Source of the DNA: Acidobacteriota bacterium
Lineage (GTDB): Bacteria > Acidobacteriota > Terriglobia > Terriglobales > Acidobacteriaceae
Direction: 5' to 3'
NCBI GenBank assembly: GCA_025359885.1
Contig: JANYDG010000068.1
Span: forward strand, 6,177 to 70,176
DNA length: 64,000 nt
Of the stretch, positions 27,063-35,421 are shown in pieces (the stretch's first letter is position 1; every line of letters begins with the position of its first letter). The notes below the pieces were generated by a model that was not told the DNA's origin, searched no databases, and saw nothing but the letters and a program-made list of their open reading frames with translations. Made by a program: the position numbers and the translations under genes.

Positions 27063-27557
27063 ATGAATCCTGAGCAGGCCAAGGCAATCGGAGATTTTTT
27101 GGTCGCCGATTTTGAACAAGAGATGCAGACGACGTTGCGGGTGCTGGCGGCGGTGCCGGCCGACCACCTGGACTATACGCCAGACGCAAAGTCGGCGACC
27201 GGGTTGGGGCTGATCCGGCATATTCCGCTGGTTGATGCATGGCTGTTGAACAGCATCGCCAATGGCGCATTTACGGCTCCTCCAGACGGCGCCAGTGTTG
27301 CGACTATTTCGACACCCGAGGATGCGATTGCCCACTACAAAGAGGTTGTTCCGGCGGCGCTCGACCGTATCCGTGGCCTTTCGGCGGAGCAACTTGCGGC
27401 GATCATCGACTTCTTTGGCTACATGCAGGTGCCAGCGGTGAATCTGGTGCAGTTGGCAATCAAGCACTCAGTACATCATCGTGGGCAGTTGAGCGCATAT
27501 CTGCGTTCGATGGGTGGCAAGGTCCCCGGCATCTACGGTTCAAGTGCTGACAAGTAG
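27063..27557 (+). CDS. DinB-family (DinB/YfiT-like four-helix bundle) protein
   Basis: MNPEQAKAIGDFLVADFEQEMQTTLRVLAAVP...HSVHHRGQLSAYLRSMG. The ATG at 27063 is preceded by GAGGAG. Confidence 0.8.
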   Translation: MNPEQAKAIGDFLVADFEQEMQTTLRVLAAVPADHLDYTPDAKSATGLGLIRHIPLVDAWLLNSIANGAFTAPPDGASVATISTPEDAIAHYKEVVPAALDRIRGLSAEQLAAIIDFFGYMQVPAVNLVQLAIKHSVHHRGQLSAYLRSMGGKVPGIYGSSADK

Positions 27558-27575
27558 AGGCTGAAAAAAACGCGG

Positions 27576-27635
27576 GTGAGTGTGAGGTTTGCGGCGTGAA
27601 ACGCAGAACTTTCGCTGCGCTCAGCATGACAAGGC
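27576..27635. repeat. About 60-nt intergenic element (GTGAGTGTGAGG ... GCTCAGCATGACAAGGC) related to 54816..54874
   Basis: It shares both ends and its overall length with the second copy. The reverse complement contains GTCATGCTGAGCGCAGCGAAAG. Confidence 0.6.
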
Positions 27636-27660
27636 AGTCCCGGAAGCGGCGGCGCTCGGC

Positions 27661-28545
27661 TTAGCTGGGCTTGCGCGGGCGGTAGTAGCAGGTGCCGCCC
27701 GCCAGGGTTGGTGTCCACAGGCTGGGGTCGGCGGGCTGTTCGCTGGAGCCGAGGAAGAGCAGGCCATCCGGAGTCAGGAGCTTGTGGACGTTGGCAAGCA
27801 GCTTTTTGCGGGTTTCCTGCGAGAAGTAAAGCATGACGTTGCGCAGGAAAACGATGTCGAATCGGGTGGACGAGGGCGAAAACGGCAACGGTTCGACGCA
27901 GAGGTTTGCCTGTCTGAAGTTGCACATATTCTTCACCTCAGGCTTGACGGTCCAGTCTTCGCCGTGATGGTCAAAGAATCGGACGATGTGGCGCGCCGGC
28001 AGGCCGCGGTTCATCTCGATGCGGTGGTAGCTGCCGGTCTGGCAACGGTGAACGACCTCGGCGGATATGTCCGTGCCCTCGATTTTCACATTCCATCCGG
28101 CGAGGGTAGGAAAGTGCTCGAGCATGAGCATGGCGAGCGAGTAGCCCTCTTGTCCGGTGGAGCAGGCAGCCGACCAGAAGCGAAGGCTGCGGGTATTACG
28201 GCGGCTCTCAATCAGGGTCGGCAACAGCTCGGTCCGTAAAAGTTCAAAAGGGCGGCCATCGCGAAAGAAGCTGGTCTCGTTGATGGTCATGGCTTCGGCT
28301 ACGGCGCGGGCGAGGGTGGGGTTGTGCTTGAGCTTGAGCAGCTGGATGAGCTCTTCCATGTGGGTGAGGCCGTTGTTGCGCAGGAGCCTTGAGAGACGTG
28401 TTTCAAAGAGGTAGTCGCGCGAGGGGTCGAGGACATTCTGGGACTGTTCGTAGACGAGCTGGCGGAGGTAGCTGTAATCGACGTTGGCCGACAAAAAGGG
28501 CGAAGAAGCGCTTGCAAAAGCGCTGCTATGCGAAGTGGGGAACAA
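27661..28545 (-). CDS. cheR: Chemotaxis protein methyltransferase CheR
   Basis: TINETSFFRDGRPFELL and the SAM-binding motif RFWSAACSTGQEGYSLAM. Confidence 0.9.
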   Translation of the reverse strand: MFPTSHSSAFASASSPFLSANVDYSYLRQLVYEQSQNVLDPSRDYLFETRLSRLLRNNGLTHMEELIQLLKLKHNPTLARAVAEAMTINETSFFRDGRPFELLRTELLPTLIESRRNTRSLRFWSAACSTGQEGYSLAMLMLEHFPTLAGWNVKIEGTDISAEVVHRCQTGSYHRIEMNRGLPARHIVRFFDHHGEDWTVKPEVKNMCNFRQANLCVEPLPFSPSSTRFDIVFLRNVMLYFSQETRKKLLANVHKLLTPDGLLFLGSSEQPADPSLWTPTLAGGTCYYRPRKPS

Positions 28546-28547
28546 GG

Positions 28548-29792
28548 TTACACCGCCGATTCTCGAAGCTCAAAGGCCTCGCGTTGACCTCGGCCCGCAA
28601 GCCGAAGAATCTCTGGAGCAATTGCGTTGAGGGGCAGGATACGGTGGGCGAGGCCGGCCTGAGCGACAGACCCGGGCATCCCCCAGACCGCGCTTGAGGG
28701 CTGATCCTGGGCAAGGACGGTTCCGTTGTGTTCGCGAATGATGCGCGAGCCGATAAGGCCATCAGAGCCCATGCCAGTCATCACCACGCCCAGTACGTGG
28801 GAACCGTAAACGGTCACAGCGGTGCGAAAAAGCACATCGACGGCGGGGCGGCAGTGGTTCTCCTGCGCCTCCTGGGTGAGGCGCAAGGCAGCAGCGGGCG
28901 CTCCGTGGGATAAACCGTGTTGAAAGCGATCGCCCTGAGTCACTTCCATATGCCAATTGCCCTTGGCGATGTAGACGGTGCCAGGGCGAATCAGGTCGCC
29001 GTTCGCCGCTTCGGTGACACGGATTGGACAGCGGGCGTCGAGGCGCTCAGCAAGAAGCTTGGTAAAAAGCTCTGGCATGTGCTGAACGACAAGGATCGGA
29101 AGCGGGAAATTAGCTGGCAGCGCGGGAAGCAGCACATCGAGAGCTGCAGGCCCGCCGGTAGAGATGCCAATCACCACAACGGAGGGAGGCGAAGACGGAA
29201 TCGGTTGTTGCGCAGAATGGTGGGCTGGTGGCGGCACCAGGCTGGGAAAAACGCTTCCGTGCGTGGCTGGGCCGCCCGTAGCGTGGGCAAAAATGCCTGA
29301 GCTGGAATGGCTGGGAGCAGGCCCCACAGAAAAGATTCCGTGTGCGCCGGGCGCTGGATCAACCGGCGCGCTGTGCGAGGCGGTAAGAGCGATGATTTTT
29401 GGGACGAGATCCTGGGCGAGAGTTTGGATGGCGACTTCACGCGAGGCTTGCCCGGTGGGCTTGGCAACGTAGTCTGCAGCGCCGCTGGCCAGAGCCTCGA
29501 TCGTAACCTTGGCCCCGCGCTGGGTGAGTGAACTGCACATGATGACAGGCACGCGCCGGCCTTTCGCCTTCATCTGTTTCAGCGTGCTCAGGCCGTCCAT
29601 CACGGGCATCTCCACATCCAGCAGAATCAAATCAGGGCACAGGGAATCCATGGCACGAAGCGCAGAGGCTCCGTCGATCGCAGTTCCGGCGACGTCCAGC
29701 CGTTTATCCGAGAGAATGACGCTGCGGAGCAGGCTGCGCATGACGGCTGAGTCATCCACAATCAAAATCCGTGTCACGCGCGATGGAGCCAT
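28548..29792 (-). CDS. cheB: Chemotaxis response regulator protein-glutamate methylesterase CheB
   Basis: A receiver domain (ILIVDDSAVMR...LLDVEMPVMDG) and a CheB methylesterase domain (VVIGISTGGPAAL, VQHMP, GMGSDG). They are joined by a long His/Pro/Ser-rich linker. Confidence 0.9.
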   Translation of the reverse strand: MAPSRVTRILIVDDSAVMRSLLRSVILSDKRLDVAGTAIDGASALRAMDSLCPDLILLDVEMPVMDGLSTLKQMKAKGRRVPVIMCSSLTQRGAKVTIEALASGAADYVAKPTGQASREVAIQTLAQDLVPKIIALTASHSAPVDPAPGAHGIFSVGPAPSHSSSGIFAHATGGPATHGSVFPSLVPPPAHHSAQQPIPSSPPSVVVIGISTGGPAALDVLLPALPANFPLPILVVQHMPELFTKLLAERLDARCPIRVTEAANGDLIRPGTVYIAKGNWHMEVTQGDRFQHGLSHGAPAAALRLTQEAQENHCRPAVDVLFRTAVTVYGSHVLGVVMTGMGSDGLIGSRIIREHNGTVLAQDQPSSAVWGMPGSVAQAGLAHRILPLNAIAPEILRLAGRGQREAFELRESAV

Positions 29793-29795
29793 AGC

Positions 29796-30164
29796 TCAGG
29801 CCTCCACGAAACCGAGCATGGCCAGCTTTTCTGTCAGCGCCTCGTTGTCAAAGGGCTTCATCAGGTATTCGTCAGCCCCGGCGTCGAGGGAGCGGATGAT
29901 GAAATCGTCCTCGGCCTCGGTAGTGACCATCATGACTTTGACATCGGCGTAGCCTTCGGCGCGCATGTTTTTGAGCATGTCGAGGCCGTCCATCACGGGC
30001 ATGTTCCAATCAACAAGCGCGAGATCAAAAGGGTCTCCGTCGTGGAGGTGGGTCAGTCCGGCCTTGCCGTCGGAGGCTTCCTCGCATTCGATGCCTTTTT
30101 CTTCGAGTAACCCGCGCAAAAAGTCCCGCACAAACCTAGAATCGTCAACAATCAAGGCGCGCAT
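29796..30164 (-). CDS. cheY: CheY-like single-domain response regulator
   Basis: 122 aa, with MRALIVDDSRFVR...LALVDWNMPVMDG...MKPF. Confidence 0.85.
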   Translation of the reverse strand: MRALIVDDSRFVRDFLRGLLEEKGIECEEASDGKAGLTHLHDGDPFDLALVDWNMPVMDGLDMLKNMRAEGYADVKVMMVTTEAEDDFIIRSLDAGADEYLMKPFDNEALTEKLAMLGFVEA

Positions 30165-30242
30165 TTGATTTCCTCCCTATGCTTTACAGTTTTGAGAGCC
30201 CCAGGATGCTTGCAGTTTCATGAAACCCTTTGTTGAAGTTGG

Positions 30243-30737
30243 TCAGGCTGCCGCAGCACCCAGGCGTACTGGGTCGAGCCGCTCTGGATCAAGCATCACG
30301 AGCAGCCCCTGCTTCAACTTGTAGGCACCGGCAAAAAGTGTACGGCGCCGCTCATCGAGGATGGAGGGATTGGGTTCGTGGTCTGATGCCGAGACCGTGA
30401 GCACTTCGCCAACCGAATCGACCAAAAGTCCAAAGGAACCGCTGGCGCTTTCGAGCACCAGGATGTCGTACTTTCCCCCAATCACCGGGAGACCCAGGAG
30501 CTGACGAAGACTGACAGTGGTCAGCACATCGCCGCGGTAGTGCACAAGGCCGCCGACAAAGTCAGGAGCCAGCGGAACTGCCTGAGGAATCGTACCGCCC
30601 ACAATCTCGAGGATGTGGGTGATGGGGATACCGAACAGAGTTTGCCCAACGCGGACCGAGCACATTTCGAGGATGACGGTCGAGGGCCCATCCTTGCGCA
30701 GTGTTAGCCCGGTCGCGGTTCTTGTATTGGTCGTCAT
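30243..30737 (-). CDS. cheW: Chemotaxis coupling protein CheW
   Basis: A CheW-like domain (LFGIPITHILEIV...LVHYRGDVLTTVSLRQLLG). The ATG at 30737 overlaps the cheA stop (ATGA). Confidence 0.85.
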   Translation of the reverse strand: MTTNTRTATGLTLRKDGPSTVILEMCSVRVGQTLFGIPITHILEIVGGTIPQAVPLAPDFVGGLVHYRGDVLTTVSLRQLLGLPVIGGKYDILVLESASGSFGLLVDSVGEVLTVSASDHEPNPSILDERRRTLFAGAYKLKQGLLVMLDPERLDPVRLGAAAA

Positions 30738-33064
30738 GCGACTGTCTCCGTGGTCCATTCGTTGAGTTGGGAAGCTTCGCCGTGTGAGCCGAAGGGAAGC
30801 GGCGGTACAGCAGCGAGATCGACAATGCCGGTGACGTGATCCTTGAGCAGGGTGACTCCACTGGCGTGATGCTGTGACCCGGCCTCGAAGAGTTCACTTC
30901 CGGCGGCAACGTCGAGCACATGGCTGACAGCGATGCCCACATGACGATTCCCTTCGCGACACACGACGACGGTAAGTTGCGCTTCAGGGTTACCGCCGGC
31001 AGCAGCGAGAACACCGCCGGAGTCTTCGACAGGCAGCAACTGGCCCTCAAAATTGAGCACGGGCCGATAGCCGATGTACTCGATGCGGGAGAGGGGAATC
31101 CGTTCGATGCGGAGAACGTCGCCCAGGGGAACGGCAGCGCGGCGTTCTAATGCCTCGACAAGCAGGTAGCGAGAAGCCATGACATCCGTCTCTGCCTCTT
31201 CCTGGACAATGCCTGCCTGCTCTTCTTCCTGGGCACGCATGGCGACCCCGGCGCGGGAAGCGATCGATCCCGGGTCGAGAATCAGGGCGAGGTCGCCGCT
31301 GCCAAGAACGGTGGCACCAGAGTAGAGCCCAATCGACTTGAGAACGCCGCTGAGAGGCTTCACGACAATTTCCTCAGGGTCAGCAAGACCGTCAACGACG
31401 AGGCCAAAGCGACGGCCATCCGCATCGAGAACAGCGATGAAGTTGTCGCGCTCGGCGCGCGCTTCACTGGTGAGACTGGTCGACGCGGAGCCAGGCGAGA
31501 GCAGGCGGTCAAGAAAGATGAGCGGCAATAGCTGCCCGCGGAGGCGGTAGAGTGGCGTCCCCTCCATGTATTCAATGGCAGTGGAAACGCGCTCCGGGGG
31601 AATATGGACGAGTTCAGACAAGGCACCCTGAGGCAGGGCGAAGCTCTGATTGAGGCTGCGGACAATAAGCGCTGGAATGATGGCGAGGGTGAGCGGAATG
31701 CGCAGACGCAAGGTAGTTCCCTTGCCCGGGCGGGAGTCAATTTCGACTTTGCCGCCGATTTTCTCCACGTTGGTGCGCACGACGTCCATGCCGACGCCGC
31801 GGCCGCTGACATTGGTGACGGCCTCGGCGGTGGAGAAGCCAGGAAGGAAGATCAGTTGGAGGAGCTCTCGCTCGGCCATCTGGGCGGCGCGCTCGGCGGC
31901 GATGAGGCCGCGCTCAATGGCTTTGGCGCGCACCCGTTCGACGCGGATGCCTGCGCCGTCATCGGAGACCTCGATGATGACGTGGCTGCTCTCCTGATAT
32001 GCCCGGAGTTTCAACGTGCCCTCAGGGTCTTTGCCAGCGGCAATGCGAACATCGGGCGGCTCAATGCCGTGATCCAGCGAATTGCGGACAGCGTGGGTGA
32101 GGGGATCTTTGATGGCTTCGAGGAGGCTCTTGTCGAGTTCAGTCTCCTGGCCCTCCATGACCAGCCGTACCTTGCGATTGAGGGCCTGAGAAAGGTCGCG
32201 AATGATGCGGGGGAACTTGGAAAAGACGTTTGAAACCGGCTGCATTCGAGCTTTCATGACCGATTCGCGCAAGTCTGCGGTGACCATGTCAAGACGGCGA
32301 GAGAGCAGGGTGAGGTTTGGATCGAGTGAAGTCGCCTGGAGAATCTGGTTGCGGGTAAGCACCAGTTCGCCAACCAGGTTCATCATGCGGTTGAGGAGCA
32401 TGACATCGACCCGGAGGGTGCTGTCAGAGGCCGCGGTCGTCATGACTTTTGGCTTGCCGGGGTCAGCGGGAGCATCCGCGAGCGGTTTTGATTCGATCGC
32501 CGGCCCCTTGGCCTCTATCTGTGCAGGTCGGTTGGCCGGAGCCTTGGGCGCGGGAGCGGTTTCAGCGTCGGGGATGGCCGGAAGCGAAGGTCGAGTCTGG
32601 TGGACCATTGGCGGCGCGGGGGGCGCGGCCTTAGCCTGGGCCGAGTTTCCAACAGCAGCCTTGGCATTCAAGCTGGCGACAGCGGCCTCCGGATGCTGTA
32701 AATCGTGGAGACGTCCGATGAGTTCGGCGTCTTCGCCTTCGCCCTCGTTGCTGTCAGCTTCAATGGTCTTCAGGATGCCTCGCAGGGCATCCATCAAATG
32801 AAGAAGTCCGGTAATGATCACCTGATTTGCCGATAGCTTGCCATCACGAAGCAAACCCAGCAGGTTTTCGCCGGCATGGGCCAGCCGTTCCAGGCGCTTG
32901 AAGCCGAGAAAGCCCGTGGTTCCCTTGATGGTGTGCACGGAACGGAAGATTTCGCCGAGGAGTTCCGTATCGTGGGGTCGCTCCTCGAGGTCGGTCAGAC
33001 AGCGCTCCATCCTGTCGAGACCTTCCTGGCTTTCAATCAGAAATTCGCGGGTTAGCTCATCCAT
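30734..33064 (-). CDS. cheA: Chemotaxis histidine kinase CheA with two C-terminal CheW-like domains
   Basis: An HPt domain (FRSVHTIKGTTGFLG), a dimerisation/HATPase core (GRGVGMDVV) and two CheW-like segments. The start is taken at ATG 33064 (MDELTREFLIES) rather than the ORF-track start at 33313. Confidence 0.85.
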   Translation of the reverse strand: MDELTREFLIESQEGLDRMERCLTDLEERPHDTELLGEIFRSVHTIKGTTGFLGFKRLERLAHAGENLLGLLRDGKLSANQVIITGLLHLMDALRGILKTIEADSNEGEGEDAELIGRLHDLQHPEAAVASLNAKAAVGNSAQAKAAPPAPPMVHQTRPSLPAIPDAETAPAPKAPANRPAQIEAKGPAIESKPLADAPADPGKPKVMTTAASDSTLRVDVMLLNRMMNLVGELVLTRNQILQATSLDPNLTLLSRRLDMVTADLRESVMKARMQPVSNVFSKFPRIIRDLSQALNRKVRLVMEGQETELDKSLLEAIKDPLTHAVRNSLDHGIEPPDVRIAAGKDPEGTLKLRAYQESSHVIIEVSDDGAGIRVERVRAKAIERGLIAAERAAQMAERELLQLIFLPGFSTAEAVTNVSGRGVGMDVVRTNVEKIGGKVEIDSRPGKGTTLRLRIPLTLAIIPALIVRSLNQSFALPQGALSELVHIPPERVSTAIEYMEGTPLYRLRGQLLPLIFLDRLLSPGSASTSLTSEARAERDNFIAVLDADGRRFGLVVDGLADPEEIVVKPLSGVLKSIGLYSGATVLGSGDLALILDPGSIASRAGVAMRAQEEEQAGIVQEEAETDVMASRYLLVEALERRAAVPLGDVLRIERIPLSRIEYIGYRPVLNFEGQLLPVEDSGGVLAAAGGNPEAQLTVVVCREGNRHVGIAVSHVLDVAAGSELFEAGSQHHASGVTLLKDHVTGIVDLAAVPPLPFGSHGEASQLNEWTTETVA

Positions 33065-33196
33065 AGGGTTTGCACCGGGTCCACTCTGCCGCTGGAGTTC
33101 GCAGTAGGGACTGCGTATAGAACGGCGTACAGCCCGTTTATCGGAGCGGTGGCGGCAAACTTGAGTACTGAACAAGGAATGTCGAGTTCTTTCCTT

Positions 33197-33212
33197 TGCA
33201 ATGGACTGGCCG
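33197..33212 (-). promoter_or_regulatory. Candidate sigma-54 (-24/-12) promoter upstream of cheA
   Basis: The minus strand reads CGGCCA-GTCCA-TTGCA. GG and GC are at the canonical 12-nt register, about 130 nt upstream of the cheA ATG. This is pattern match only. Confidence 0.3.
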
Positions 33213-33326
33213 GGAGAGAGTTGACTCATTTGCATCCCAAGGCAGGTCGGGATAGGCTGAAATTCCGTTGTCTGAATCAACGAGACCGGCTGACGGCCAG
33301 GGTGATTCCCCAAGGAGGCAAGGAAA

Positions 33327-33758
33327 ATGACGGCGACCGAAGATTCATCGATGGCTACGCACGCATTAGTTCAAGCTGCGCTGGCGGTGGCCGAGCACTC
33401 CTACTCGCCGTATTCAGGCTTCCGCGTCGGCGCGGCCCTGCTGTTAGCCACGGGGGAGATTGTGACCGGGACCAACGTAGAGAACGTGAGCTACGGGCTG
33501 ACCATCTGCGCGGAGCGTTCAGCGCTGGTGCGGGCGGTGGCGGAGTTTGGGCCGGGGATACGCATTACAGGGGTGGCGATTGTGAATCTGAATGACGCTC
33601 CGAGCCCTCCCTGTGGAGCCTGCCGGCAGGTGCTGGCAGAGTTCATTGACCCGGACGCGCCGGTGACCTTTCCGGCGGAGCGGTCGGGATCCGTGGCGGC
33701 AATTACGCTGCCCTTTCACGAACTGCTGCCGTTTGGGTTTGATTTGAAGTTGAAGTAG
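33327..33758 (+). CDS. cdd: Cytidine deaminase
   Basis: Zinc motifs CAERSALV and PCGACRQVLAEF; 143 aa. Confidence 0.85.
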   Translation: MTATEDSSMATHALVQAALAVAEHSYSPYSGFRVGAALLLATGEIVTGTNVENVSYGLTICAERSALVRAVAEFGPGIRITGVAIVNLNDAPSPPCGACRQVLAEFIDPDAPVTFPAERSGSVAAITLPFHELLPFGFDLKLK

Positions 33759-33795
33759 TCCGGCGACGAAGAGTTGCCCTGAGGTTAACTCCGAA

Positions 33796-35289
33796 ATGAC
33801 TGATTCGATTGATGCATCACTCGTTCATGCCCCCATTCATGCCTCCGTTCATGCCTCCGTTCACGCGCCGATTCACGCGCCCCTTCATGCCATTGACCTG
33901 ATCCGCAAGAAGCGGGATCGCGGGACCCTGACCGAGGCGGAGATTCGCTTTCTGGTGGCGGGGGCGGCCTCGGAGACGATTCCACCGGAGCAGTTGGCGG
34001 CGTGGCTGATGGCGGCGTGGCTCAATGGGCTGGCGGCAGAGGAAATTCGCGCTTTGACGGTGGCCATGCGCGACTCTGGCGTGAAATTTGACCCGCATCG
34101 GCCGGGCTCAGGGCTGGGGACGGGGCTGGGGACGGGGCTGGGCGCGGGGCTGGGCAAGGGGCTGAGCAAGGTCGCCGTGGATAAGCATTCGACGGGTGGG
34201 GTGGGGGATAAGACGAGCTTTTTGGTGGCTCCGCTGGCGGCGGCTTGCGGCGTGGTGGTGCCGATGATTTCGGGGCGGGCGCTGGGGCATACGGGCGGGA
34301 CGCTGGACAAGCTGGAGGCGATTCCGGGCTACCGGACGGCGCTGTCGCTGGAGGAATTTGAGGCGGTGCTGGTCAAGTGCGGGGCCTCGATTGTGAGCCA
34401 GACGCCGGCGCTGGTGCCTGCCGACCGGGTGCTCTATGCGCTGCGCGACAGGACGGGGACGGTCGAGAGCCCGGGGCTGATTTGTGCTTCGATTCTGAGC
34501 AAGAAGCTGGCGGCTGGCCTGGACGCGCTGGTGCTGGATGTGAAGACCGGGTCGGGTGCCTTCATGCGCAAGCGGGAAGACGCGGAGTATCTCGCAGCCC
34601 TGATGGTCACAACGGCCGAGGCCGCTGGAACGCGCACCGTGGCGCTGATGACAGATATGAGCCAACCGCTGGGGGCCAAAGCCGGCAACTGGATCGAGCT
34701 GGTTGAGTCGGTCGAGCTGCTGCGCGGCGAACGCAAGGCGGAGAGCGAGGATTTGCGCGAGCTTTCGCTGATTCTGGCGGGGTGGATGGTGTACCTCGGC
34801 GGGCAGGCGGAGTCGCCTGAGGCCGGGTATGCACGGGCGGAGGCAGCTATTGTCGACGGCTCGGGGCTGCGGGTGCTGATGGAGATGATTGCGGCGCAGG
34901 GCGGGGATGTAGCCGTGTTGGATGACCCAGACTTTCACAAGCCGGGGGCGACGCTGGTGGTGGAGGCCTGGGAGACGGGCTACGTTGCCGCGATGGATAC
35001 GACGATGCTGGGCTGGGCGGTGCAGCGGTTGGGGGCGGGGCGGGAGAAGGCTGGCGAGCCGGTAGACGCGCATGCGGGCATCCACTTTCACGCGCGGCGC
35101 GGGTCATTTGTTGAGACAGGCCAGCCGCTGGCGACGCTTTATGCGACGACGGAAAGCATGCTGGCCGAGCCGGGGTCGCTGTTGAGGCGGGCGATTGTGT
35201 TTTCAGAGACCGCGCCGGCGCCGGTGCCGCTGGTGAGCCGGGTGTTTACCCTTGCCGAGGCTGAGGCTTTACTCCATCAGCATTTGTGA
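33796..35289 (+). CDS. deoA: Thymidine (pyrimidine-nucleoside) phosphorylase with repeat insertions
   Basis: IDLIRKKRDRGTL, VDKHSTGGVGDK and ISGRALGHTGGTLDKLE. There is also an N-terminal (x-[VI/L]-H-A)x6 repeat and an internal GLG-rich repeat. Confidence 0.85.
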   Translation: MTDSIDASLVHAPIHASVHASVHAPIHAPLHAIDLIRKKRDRGTLTEAEIRFLVAGAASETIPPEQLAAWLMAAWLNGLAAEEIRALTVAMRDSGVKFDPHRPGSGLGTGLGTGLGAGLGKGLSKVAVDKHSTGGVGDKTSFLVAPLAAACGVVVPMISGRALGHTGGTLDKLEAIPGYRTALSLEEFEAVLVKCGASIVSQTPALVPADRVLYALRDRTGTVESPGLICASILSKKLAAGLDALVLDVKTGSGAFMRKREDAEYLAALMVTTAEAAGTRTVALMTDMSQPLGAKAGNWIELVESVELLRGERKAESEDLRELSLILAGWMVYLGGQAESPEAGYARAEAAIVDGSGLRVLMEMIAAQGGDVAVLDDPDFHKPGATLVVEAWETGYVAAMDTTMLGWAVQRLGAGREKAGEPVDAHAGIHFHARRGSFVETGQPLATLYATTESMLAEPGSLLRRAIVFSETAPAPVPLVSRVFTLAEAEALLHQHL

Positions 35290-35421
35290 GCCCCAGCCTT
35301 GGCCGAGGAAGATCTTTAAGGATAGGGCACCCCGCTTCTTCCAGTTTCCCGTTGATGCGACAACATCCATCGTCCTGTCAGACCGTCAAGGAAGTACCAT
35401 CAGTATCAGGAGATCGTTCGA

